From Octopus sinensis (Eukaryota), in the NCBI RefSeq assembly GCF_006345805.1, contig NC_042998.1:35588001-35652000 (forward strand): a DNA stretch of 64,000 nt, in the 5' to 3' direction. The position numbers were made by a program, and so were the translations under genes. The notes under the pieces are model-generated. The model was not told where the DNA came from, made no database searches, and saw only the letters and a program-made list of their open reading frames with translations. Of this stretch, positions 40,833 to 51,387 are shown piece after piece (position 1 is the stretch's first letter; every line of letters starts with the position of its first letter).

Positions 40833-43537
40833 CTGTCCCCCTAACATCGCTTGACAACCAATGCTGGTGTGTCTATGTCGCCGTAACTTAGCAGTTCAGC
40901 AAAAGAGACCGATAGAATAAGTACTAGGCTTACAAAAAAATAAGTCCTGGAGTCGATTTGCTTGACTAAAGGCAGTGCTCCAGCATGGTCACAGTCAAAT
41001 GACTGAAACAAGTAAAGAAAAAAAGAGTATATTCTGAAGAATCAGAGTTTCAGATGTTGAAAAGATACAGCTGAAAACTTTTCAAAAGACAACCAAAATT
41101 GCAAAGAAATGGAATAAAATGGGGCAAAGATACCCCGCACCCCACCCTTTTTTTTTTTTTTTTTCAGAATCACCCTGTGCGATTCTTAAAAGAATCGCAC
41201 CCAAAAAATTTATTGCCTTCGGTGCTCCAGATAATTTCAAATTTTACGCATATTCTCTAGAAAAGTTATGAGTAGGGCTTAAGATTAATTAAATATTTTA
41301 ATGAAATTTCAGAAACAGTGGATGAGGGGGAGGGCATTTGTTAATGTTAAACGTTTTAAAGATCAGACGAAACACTGTTTTCCTAAATAGCTCTCTAATT
41401 TAAAAGTACTCCCAGCAGAGACCAACCATTTATATGCAAGTGTACTTGTGTGAGTGAGTGTGTGTGTATGTGTGTGTGTGTTCATGCATGTTTAATTAGT
41501 TTAATGTTCTCTCCAACTTTAGGACGGTTTCTTCAAAATTTCTTTTTCACGTAAAAAGCACCATCCGAACGTGGCCAATGCCAGCGCCGCCTTGACTGGC
41601 TTCCGTGCCGGTGGCACGTAAAAAGCACCAACAGATCGTGGCCGTTGCCAGCCTCCCCTGGCACGTAAAAAGCACCCACTACACTCACGGAGTGGTTGGC
41701 ATTAAGAAGGGCATCCAGCTGTAGAAACACTGCCAGATCAGACCGGAGCCTGGTGCAGCCTCCTGGCTTCCCAGACCCCGGTCGAACCGTCCAACCCATG
41801 CTAGCATGGAAAACGGACATTAAACGATGATGATGATGAATGCATATACACTTGTCTGCAATGGAAGCAGCTTGGCTGTTTAACAATTAGTGGTCAGAGA
41901 CAAACCGAATGCTAAAAGTTGACCAAAAACTTTCGAAACAACAAATTCTTGATAGAAACTTCCAGATCAAGTGATTTTGTCTTTTTTCTTTTCTTTCTTT
42001 TTTTTTTTTTTTTGAGGAAGTGTAATCGTTAAATTTTTTTAATTCCTCTTAAACTATACAACAATGAACAACAAAATTTAAATCTGATTCAATCACACGG
42101 TCAACGAAAAGCAGGTGAAATACTGTTAATTGACAAAATGAAAGTGGATTGCTGACTTCAAAGATTGCCTTTTTTGGCACACAAAAAGTCTGTCTCTGAT
42201 TTGTTTCCTCATAACTTTCGTGGATGTTTTCTGGTGAAATTTTCTACACATTCGCTTCAGATGGCATAAATTCCAACAACAACAGAATTTGTCTTGAAAA
42301 ATTTATTCCGAGGGTGGGAAGAGGAGTTTCAAAAAATTCATACGAATCGGTTTTGTTTCTTCGTAACGTCCGGGAAAATGGTGTTTTTGTTTGTTTGTTT
42401 TTGTTTTCTTTTTCTTTTTAATCTTCTAGAAATACCTTTTTCAGAATGTGTAAGGTTACGATGCAAAAAGAAAAATGATGAGCACGACACGTATATACTG
42501 ACATCATAATTTTTGTCGTAATTTCAAATTTCTTTTTGTAGATATATGTAATATGTGAATGTGAACGAGCAGATCGATTTTTTTTTGTTGTTTTTTTTTT
42601 TTTTTTTCACCTTAAATTCTGATATAATCGTAATCTACACCATCCGAAACGTATTTATAGAAAATTTCATTAAAAAATATCAAATTTTCTGGAAGTTATT
42701 AAGAAACAAAGCTGACACATGTGAATTTTCCGAAACTCCTCTTTCCACCACTGGAAAATTTTTCTCACAACAAATTCCGATGCAATCGGAATCTACATCA
42801 CCTGAAGCATGTTCGCAGAAAATTTCTTCTAAACAAAATCCATTTTTCTTTAGGTTATGAGGAAACAAAGTCAAGGGGCACACCTTTGTAGGAAATAAAA
42901 ATCCCAGAATTTAACCTTCGAAACAGAAAATAAGGTGACTAATATCTCTGCAAATGCAAAAATACGCATTCCGATAGAATGGAATGGCAAATTATTTAGT
43001 TCACATCTTCAGATGTCTGTTTTAAATGTCATAGATGAGTCTGCAAAAAAATGTTGTAAGGGATAGGAGGGGGTTTATTGCCTCACCTCCACCCCCAGTC
43101 TCTCATAATTTTGGAGTTTTGACAATCCCTCCCTCCACCCCAACTATTTTAGATTGATGCTTTAAAACATTCGACATATTTTAAAGAATCAGAGCTGAAA
43201 AGTTTTTTCTAAAGACAAACAAAACTGAAAAGAAATAAAAAGGACGTTTGTTTTGGTTGTTTTTTTTTTTCTTTCTTATTCTTTTTTCTCGGAATTATGA
43301 TTTCCGATTCTTAAAACCTACACACCCAAACAATTTATTGCTGGTATGGGTGGGTGACTGTCATACAGCTCCACCTTATTGCCTCTGGTGGTGTTCTTGA
43401 TAATTTCCGATTCTATGTATATTCTCTGGAAAAAAACGGTAAAGAATACGCACACCGCCTGTTTTCGGCGTTACCTTAAACACCGAGTGTGCGTATTCTT
43501 CAAAACCTTCGCCGGGTTTGAAGTTAATTAATTACAT

Positions 43538-43738
43538 CAGTGGTTTTCAACCGGGGTTCCGCCAGTACAGTCCAGGGGTTCCGCAAGAAGTTACAAAAGT
43601 GCTAAAATCGGCAGTAATTTTTAATTCTCCTATGCAGATATGTGTGCATAAAACTATTAAATTATTGCACAGGGGTTCTCCGAGCCAGTGGAATGTTTCC
43701 TTGGGGTTCCGCTCCAGCAAAAAGTTTGAAAAGCACTG
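43538..43738. mobile_element. hAT-type MITE
   Basis: TIRs CAGTGGTTTTCAAC / TTTGAAAAGCACTG; 8-bp TSD AATTACAT / AATTATAT. Confidence 0.8.
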
Positions 43739-44627
43739 AATTATATTAATATAAAACTTCAGAATGTTTTTATTTTTTATTTTTGTAATTTTAATTTGTT
43801 TCAAACTGCAGTTTATCTGTAAATGTTAAACGTTATAAACATCGGGCAATACACTATTTTTTCCCCTCTCTATTTTAAAAGTCCTCCCAGCAATGACCAA
43901 CCATTTATAGATGTGTGTGTGTATGTACCAATATCCATAGATACACACGAAAAATCCATAAACATGAAAGATCCGCGATCGAGCTGAGTAGTGAAACATG
44001 CTCACACACGCTCAAGTACGTCCACCCATTATTGCTTGTCCTGTCCATGAGCGAATTGAACAGTCGAACACACACTCGCACATACATATAAATATATATA
44101 TTATCAATAATAATAATAAAGGGTAAAATTAATTAATTAGTAATTGATAATTCTACCAAGCAGTGTTCAGCACGTTAAAAGGACCATTTACGGTAAACTT
44201 AAACATTACTTTATATAATTATGAGTATAATTATAATTAGGGTTCAGCAAAAATAAATGGCAAAAATTTGCTTTGCCACATACCGAACTTTTAGAAATAG
44301 CAGCCAAAGAACTTAGCTATTTCTTCTACTATAAGAAGGATCTCCCAGACAATGTATACTCAAAAAAATTGTTTTTGGGTTAGGGTTCCCTCTTATAGTA
44401 GAAGAAATAGCTAAGTTCTTTGGCTGCTATTTCTAAAAGTTTGGTATGTGGCAAAGCAAATTTATTTTTGCTGAACCCTAATTATAATTATGCTCATAAT
44501 TATATAAAGTAATGTATAAATACATATATATATCTTTTTTGTTTTCAAGAATCGCTTATGTTTATGTATTTTTTGTGTATCTACGTGTTTATGTGTGTGT
44601 GTATGTACATATGTATACTTGTGGTTA

Positions 44628-44979
44628 ACTAGTAGCGAACAGTGGTCCCGGAGCGCGCACTCGCGCTAGCTAGTCGTAAGTAGTCGACCCTACAACGACT
44701 TGCGCGTATGTTTGTATTTCAAGGGTGAATACATATCAAAGAAAATTAAATAATATTTTTCGAACAAAGTAAATAAAACGCAAAGTGAATAATTTTTAAA
44801 ACTAAGTACATAAATTATTTTTATAAACAAACTAAGGTTAGGGTTAGGTTTAGGGGTTAAAAAATTAGGTCTAGGGTTAGGATTAGGTTTAGGGGTTAAA
44901 AAGTCGTAGGATCGACTACATACGACTAGCTAGCGCGGATGCGCGAGTGCGCGCACCAGGACCACTGTTCGCTAGTAGT
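44628..44979. mobile_element. MITE with long GC-rich TIRs and internal telomere-like repeats
   Basis: About 70-bp imperfect TIRs (ACTAGTAGCGAACAGTGGTCC... / ...GGACCACTGTTCGCTAGTAGT); TTAGGG/TTAGG variants at 44836-44900. Confidence 0.8.
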
Positions 44980-45197
44980 ACCTATTTGTGTAAGTATATG
45001 TTTATGTAAAAGCGGCCAACTTATTTTCCATTTTAAAAAGTTTGCTTTCGAGTGGAAAACAAAGTGAAAGTCGACTACTGGATTCAAAGTTTGCTTTTTT
45101 ATAAATATATATATAACAATTGCAGCGTGGAAGGTGTTTGTAAGCCATTTAAGAAACACACAAAAGCCGTTCGATTCACTTCAACATTTAAGTTTAA

Positions 45198-45247
45198 TTT
45201 GTCAAAATATTTTCGTCGCTAAAATCCGCGACCTGTTCACTGACAAA
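45198..45247 (-). ncRNA. Candidate type I hammerhead with G3:C8-swapped core
   Basis: TTTGTCA-GTGAACA-G-GTCGC(GGATTTTA)GCGAC-GAAA-ATATTT-TGACAAA: 7-bp stem I, 5-bp stem II, palindromic stem III, core GUGAACA in place of CUGANGA. Confidence 0.45.
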
Positions 45248-46178
45248 AATCCGTGCTGCATCTCTCAGATCAAATTACTTGCTATGCGAGTACATCTCCG
45301 TAATATATATATATATTATATATTATTTTTTTATTTTTTTTACTGTTTGTAAATATTAAAAACAAAGATAGCGAGAGAGTAAACAAATATGCGTAAAAAG
45401 TGATGCAGCTACGACTGAAAGTGTCTGCATCTTAACTCGCACCTGTTTATTATTATTATTAGGTAACTGACTACAGTCCCCACTACACTGCGACAAGTTT
45501 CATTGATGAATTAATCAATTATAATAAGGACTTTGTGGAAGATACAGACACAAATCTTTTCACAATAGGGAGTAGTATATTCAATAGACAAAACCAGCCA
45601 AATCGGGTTACCCAGATTATAAGTCAACTTTAAGCAGCAGTTGTACGAATATATTAATTTTTTAAGCAAGCGATAAGCCCAGAATTAATAATACACACAC
45701 ATATACAAAAATGGGGGGGAGACATCCCGCTTTTTGGTTATCTTACAACATTTAGCGGGAATATAAATGATTTCGGATGGTATATCTACACAAGTGTACC
45801 CCATGTGTAGTCGTGTACCCCCTATTTTTGTGATGATAGGTTGAGTACATACAACCTATGCGCAAAGGGCTCGAGCCATACATGTCCTATCTTATTTAAA
45901 AACAGTGTTTTAAACAACATTATCCGTTAGGTTTTCATTTCTATTTATTTTATTCATTTATTCATTAACTGAGACGGAAAGGTATAAACTGAAGGAAATT
46001 TGGCTGCTATTTCCAGCAGATAGAGCGACCACATAAAGGAAGCTTCGTTGACTCGCCTTTAAGTAGTAAATAAAATATATTACAAATAATTCATTACGCG
46101 TTGGTTATATACAGACTTACTTTAAGGGGGGGGGAATTTTTAGGGGTTTTATAAAAATGGAAAAAAAGACCGTTTTAC

Positions 46179-46597
46179 CTTTTGTGTAAGGCTTTCTCCA
46201 GTTCATACTCCGTAACGTAAACCTTCTCCAGTTTGGCCGTGTTTATGCTTCTTGTAGACGTATCATTCCCATCAATATCAACACCATTTGCGCAGAGTTC
46301 CACACCAAGGAGACCCTTCGCATTGGTGGACACTTGGAAAGTGTAATCACCAAGCTCCCTCTTCCTGGTAATTGACTGCAGAGTATCTGGAGATTTGCTG
46401 TCTGAAGTTTTCAAAAGAGTTTCAATGCTGGAGGCCAGGGGTTCGAGTCGGTAGTCGGCCTGCCAGAAATGTTTCTTTTTATGTTTGATAACAATATTGT
46501 ACAACTTAATTTTCTGTGCTTCGTCGATACTCGGAGTGGCATGAAGAGTGTCCCTTCCGAGTTCATTCACAATTTTAGAAATGGTAGCTGAAAACAT
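46179..46597 (-). CDS. GSDME: Gasdermin (GSDME/pejvakin-like), first coding exon encoding about 140 aa of the N-terminal pore-forming domain; partial gene
   Basis: MFSATISKIVNELGRDTLHATPSIDEAQKIKLYNIVIKHKKKHFWQADYRLEPLASSIETLL aligns without major gaps to the GSDME/PJVK N-terminus as I recall it (MFAKATRNFLREV..LIAVSNLNDSDKLQLLSLVTKKKRFWCWQ / MFAAATKSFVKQVG..LVPVPSLSEADK). KLEKVYVTEYELEKALHKR matches GTLRKQEVDLQQLIRDSAER. The frame ends at AG|GTAAAA (phase-2 donor, GT at 46178-46177). An acceptor TTCTGCAG| sits 26 nt upstream of the ATG. Family assignment is strong; exact orthology is not established. Confidence 0.85.
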
Positions 46598-46774
46598 ATT
46601 TGTAGTGGTGAGCCTCTAAACAACTGCAGAAATGAGAATCGTTTTGAAAACAAAAGAATATTTCAGCTTCTGGTGCGACTTGTCACTTTCTTGTTATAAT
46701 CCGTTACAAACTGAGAATCTCGACAACTCTAAGAATTTTCCTTTTTTCTCTCTTTCTATTTTTTTTTTTTTTAC

Positions 46775-46880
46775 CTTCAGACCAAAAAGTGGGCTTTCAT
46801 AAATATATTTAAATGAGTGAGTTTAGATTGTTTGTGTTTGTTGGTTTATAACTGTTCATTGTAATTCGATGCCTTGAGCT
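46775..46880 (-). other. Probable 5'UTR exon of the gasdermin gene (5' end uncertain)
   Basis: Minus-strand donor CTGAAG|GTAAAA (GT at 46774-46773) would give a ~151-nt intron ending at the TTCTGCAG acceptor at 46624. Confidence 0.4.
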
Positions 46881-47752
46881 TAGTGTTAGCACGTCTGTGA
46901 TTATACTCTGCTCATGACACAATGCAAGGTGCTTGTACTATAAGCGTGTGCGTGAGTGTGTGTGTCTATGTGTGAGTGGATGTGTTTTTGCTTAAGTCAC
47001 TTCTCCAACTGAAAGTTAAAGATCGTTAATGAACAGTCCAGCTCACACGAGTTCAGCTGTCAAAGCAGTCGCCTTCTGGGCTTATTATTTATTGCGTGAA
47101 GCTTATTATAACAATAATAAAAAAAACTTGATTATCTTAAACGATACCTATACCTCCTTACAACATCTATGGAAGTCAAATGGCATCACAAACGTTTATA
47201 TTATATATTTATTTTATTTGCTTTTCAAAGTCATTTACCAAGAAATTTTCAAAGTGCAACCTGCCTTATCCTCTCACACTTCTCTCTCGTCTTCTCCACT
47301 TCTCCCTTCCTCTCTTATTCTCTCTCATCTCTCTCTCTCCCTCTCTTTTTCTCTAGCTATCTCTTCTTCGTTCTCCACTTTTTCTCTTTTCACTCTTTTC
47401 TTTTTTTCTTGTTTAGTCTCTGTCCTTCCCTTTTATTATTCCTTTCTGTCTTTCGCCTTTTTTTTTCATTTTCCCTCAGTTTTTTTTTTCTCCGTTTTTT
47501 TTTCTCTTTATTCCACATCGTTGCCTTCCTTTATTCCTCTCCTTCTCTTTCCTTCTCTCTCTTTCTCAATTATTCAGTCTCTGACGCCCAACATTTCATT
47601 TCTTTGTCACTTTCCTTTGCATACCACTAACTCAATGATCTCTCTCTCTCCCTCTCTCCCGGTCGCTCCCTCCCTATCGTCCTCTTGCTCCCACTCTTTC
47701 GATTCTATCTTTGTATAAACATCCTTTTTATTACCTCAGTGTCAATTTACTT

Positions 47753-47796
<44 letters not shown>

Positions 47797-47989
47797 CCCT
47801 TGATATATATATCCTATGTCTTTCTCTCTCTCTCTAAATATATATATATAAGTACCCTTATGTCTTTCTCTCTCTCTCTCTCTCTCTCTCCTTCTCTCTC
47901 TCTCTCTCTAAATATATTCTGTATATCTCTCTCTAAATAATGTCTCTCTGTCCCTTAATCTCTGCTCTCTCTCTCTCTCTCCTCTCCTC

Positions 47990-48058
<69 letters not shown>

Positions 48059-48286
48059 AATGTCTGTCTCTCTCTCTCTCCTCTCTCTCTCTCTATATAT
48101 ATTATGTATATACTGTCCCTTAATGTCTCTCTCGCTCTTTCTATATATATATTATATAGATAATATATATACTCGCGCTGAGATTTATCATTATATATAA
48201 TAAGAGATAATATAATATTACTTAATGTCTTTCTCTTTTTCTCTTCTCTCTCTCTCTCTCTCTATAATATATATATATATATATAT

Positions 48287-48324
<38 letters not shown>

Positions 48325-49366
48325 AGAAAGACATTAAGGAATATTTATCTCTTATTATAATATAATGATAAATCTCAGAGCGAGTATATAATATATATAT
48401 ATATATCCGTAATAATGAAGGTGGAATTAATTAATTTGGAATAATTATCAATTACACACAGTAGTCTTCGGCATGTAAAAGCCTCATTCGAGGAAAATTT
48501 AAGTAATACTAATGCAATAAGGGTTTAGCAACGAATTGCCTACCACATACCGAATTTAGAAATAGCAGTCAAAGGTTATAGCTATTTACTTCTACTAAAA
48601 GGGAGATCTCAGTAAAAGCAAGCAATTGGAAGGCTGACACAAACAGGTAAGAGAGAATGAATTAACTGCAATCTATCAAACATTTTTAAAGTTATCTACG
48701 GACGTACGTTTTCGAAATCAAATTTTTAGGAAAGCATAAGAATTAAATATTAAATTATTACGGATAACCATATTTTATCTCAGTAGATGACCACAGCATC
48801 TTTTTTGGCTACACGCGGGTGGGAAGGGGCTGTTGACACAATCGTTTCATTCCACAATTTGAATTCGGTGATACTAGTTTGCGGATTCTAGCTCGCTCTG
48901 ATACTGAGTTGAGTTGGTGCCCCTAGTATCTCAAAATTCAATATATAATCATTTATGATTTAGTATTCTACGCTGAAGAGAAAAGAAAGTTTCGGTAAGA
49001 TAGAATTATTTAATATTTAATATTTAATTCTTATGCTTTCCTAAAACTTGATTTCGAAACGTACGTCCGTAGATAACTTTAAAAATGTTTGATAGATTGC
49101 AGTTAATTCATTCTCTCTTACCTGTTTGTGTCAGCCTTCCCATTGCTGTTTTACTGAGATCTCCCTTTTTAGTAGAAGAAATAGCTATAACCTTGACTGC
49201 TATTTCTAAATTCGGTATGTGTAAGGCAATTCGTTGCTAAACCCTTTTGCTTAGTATTACTTTATATATATAATATATATATATATATAAAAGAGAGAGA
49301 GAGACATTAAGGGACATATACATAATATATATTTTAGAGAGAGAGAGAGAGAGAGAAAGACATTAA

Positions 49367-49439
<73 letters not shown>

Positions 49440-50408
49440 TTAAGGGACTTATATATATATATTTATATCCCTAATCTCTCTTTTTCTCCTGACTCTCTCT
49501 ATCTTTCTTCTCCCCTCTTTCTAATTCTCTGTCTCCCTATCCATCTTCTTCCCCATCTCTCTCTCTGTTTTTTTATTAACCATCTCTCCTGCCACTCACA
49601 ATAACTGAACTGCGACTTAATGACGAAGCCCCTTTTTAAAAGCGGCTTTCTGACTGACATTAACTGTTACGGGCTTCCTGCTGCTGCTGTTTGTGCTGGG
49701 TGTTGTCTCATTAAGGATTTTGTACGATAATAGTTGAAGTGGAAGAAGTATCCATAGCTATAATTCTTATTTATTTATTGCCCACAAGGGGCTAAACATA
49801 GAGGGGACAAACAAGGACAGACAAAGGGATCAAGTCGATTGTATCGACCCCAGTGCGTAACTGGTACTTAATTTATCGACCCCGAAAGGATGAAAGGCAA
49901 AGTTGACCTCGGCGGAATTTGAACTCAGAACGTAACGGCAGACGAAATACGGCTACGCATTTCGCCCGGCGTGCTAACGATTCTGCCAGCTCGAGCTATA
50001 ATTCTGGGACACCCTCGCCATCGCCCGTGGTAATGCTGCGAGCGTGCTGGCTTACTTCAGTGGGTTCTATTAAACCCCTGGTGTGCGACCGGGGGGTTGG
50101 CAAAATATAGCTGACAGGGAAAATCCAGTCATTGGCCCCGTTTCATCGGGCCCATAAGATGTATTGAACTTGTGATGGTGCATTTGTTTTGCATATCTTT
50201 TTTTTAATTAGGGAACAATAAAATGTAATATCAAAATATACAACCTGTGCTAGTGCCTTGTAAAAAGCTCCTGTAAAGTGGTTGGCATTAGGAAGGGCTT
50301 CCAACTATAGAAACATGCCAAAACAGACAATTGGAGCCTGGTGCAGCTCTCCATCTTGCTAGCTCCTCTCTAACCATCCAACCAATGCCAGGATGGAAAA
50401 CAGACATT

Positions 50409-51387
50409 AACCCTTTTGTTACTGTATTTACTTTGAGATGCTCTATGTTTCTTTCAATTACTTTAAATATAACAAAGAATTTAGTAAAATAACTTAGTTA
50501 TCATTCAGCTAGTGTTAGGAACATAAATTGTGACTAAGATTTGGTGGAAGATTTTCATTCAGAACTTCTGAAAACAAGACATTTGTTCTATAGAACTAGA
50601 GGTGTTTTCAGGCAGGTTGGTATCAAAAGGGTTAAGAATTGTGTCTCAATAATATATTTTAACCCTTTTGTTACCACATTTCTGTTGAGATGCTCAGTGT
50701 TTCTTTCAATTACTTTAAATATAACAAAGAATTTAGTAAAATAACTTAGTTATCATTCAGCTAGTGTTAGGAACATAAATTGTGACTAAGATTTGGTGGA
50801 AGATTTTCATTCAAAACTTCTGAAAACAAGACATTTGTTCTAGAACTAGAGGTGTTTTCAGGCAGGTTGGTATCAAAAGGGTAAGAATTGTGTCTCAATA
50901 ATATTTTTAACCTTTTGTTACCACATTTCTTTTGAGATGCTCATGTTTTCTTTCAATTACTTTAAATATAACAAAGAATTTAGTAAAATAACTTAGTTAT
51001 CATTCAGCTAGTGTTAGGAACATAAATTGTGACTAAGATTTGGTGGAAGATTTTCATTCAGAACTTTTGAAAACAAGACATTTGTTCTACAGAGCTAGAG
51101 GTGGTTTCAGGCAGGTTGCTATCAAAAGGGTTAAGAATTGTGTCTCAATAATATATTTTAACCCTTTTGTTACCACATTTCTGTTGAGATGCTCAATGTT
51201 TCTTTCTATTAATTTTAAATATAACAAAGAATTTAGTAAAATAACTTAGTTATCATTCAGCTAGTGTTAGGAACATAAATTGTGACTAAGGTTTGGGGGA
51301 AGATTTTAATTCAAAACTTACGGAAACAAGACATTTGTACTCAGAGCCAGAGCTGGTTTCAGCCGGGTTGGTAACGAAAGGGTTAAA
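50409..51387 (-). mobile_element. Tandem array of four ~230-bp piggyBac-like MITEs
   Basis: Each unit runs TTAA-CCCTTT...AAAGGG-TTAA and units are separated by a ~23-nt spacer, GAATTGTGTCTCAATAATAT(A)TT. Confidence 0.85.

Noticed and set aside
45050-45075. IRF/ISRE-like motif AAAGTGAAAGT in the gasdermin intron
   Set aside because: A single short motif in AT-rich DNA is expected by chance.
45460-45660. Minus-strand LTYNLGNPIW resembling GSDME RTINLRNPV just downstream of the first exon
   Set aside because: The phase is incompatible with the phase-2 donor and there is no good acceptor. The plus-strand frame looks like a LINE 3' remnant.
47029-47718. 229-aa and 153-aa Ser/Phe/Leu-rich ORFs
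   Set aside because: CT-rich low-complexity DNA with no domain signal.
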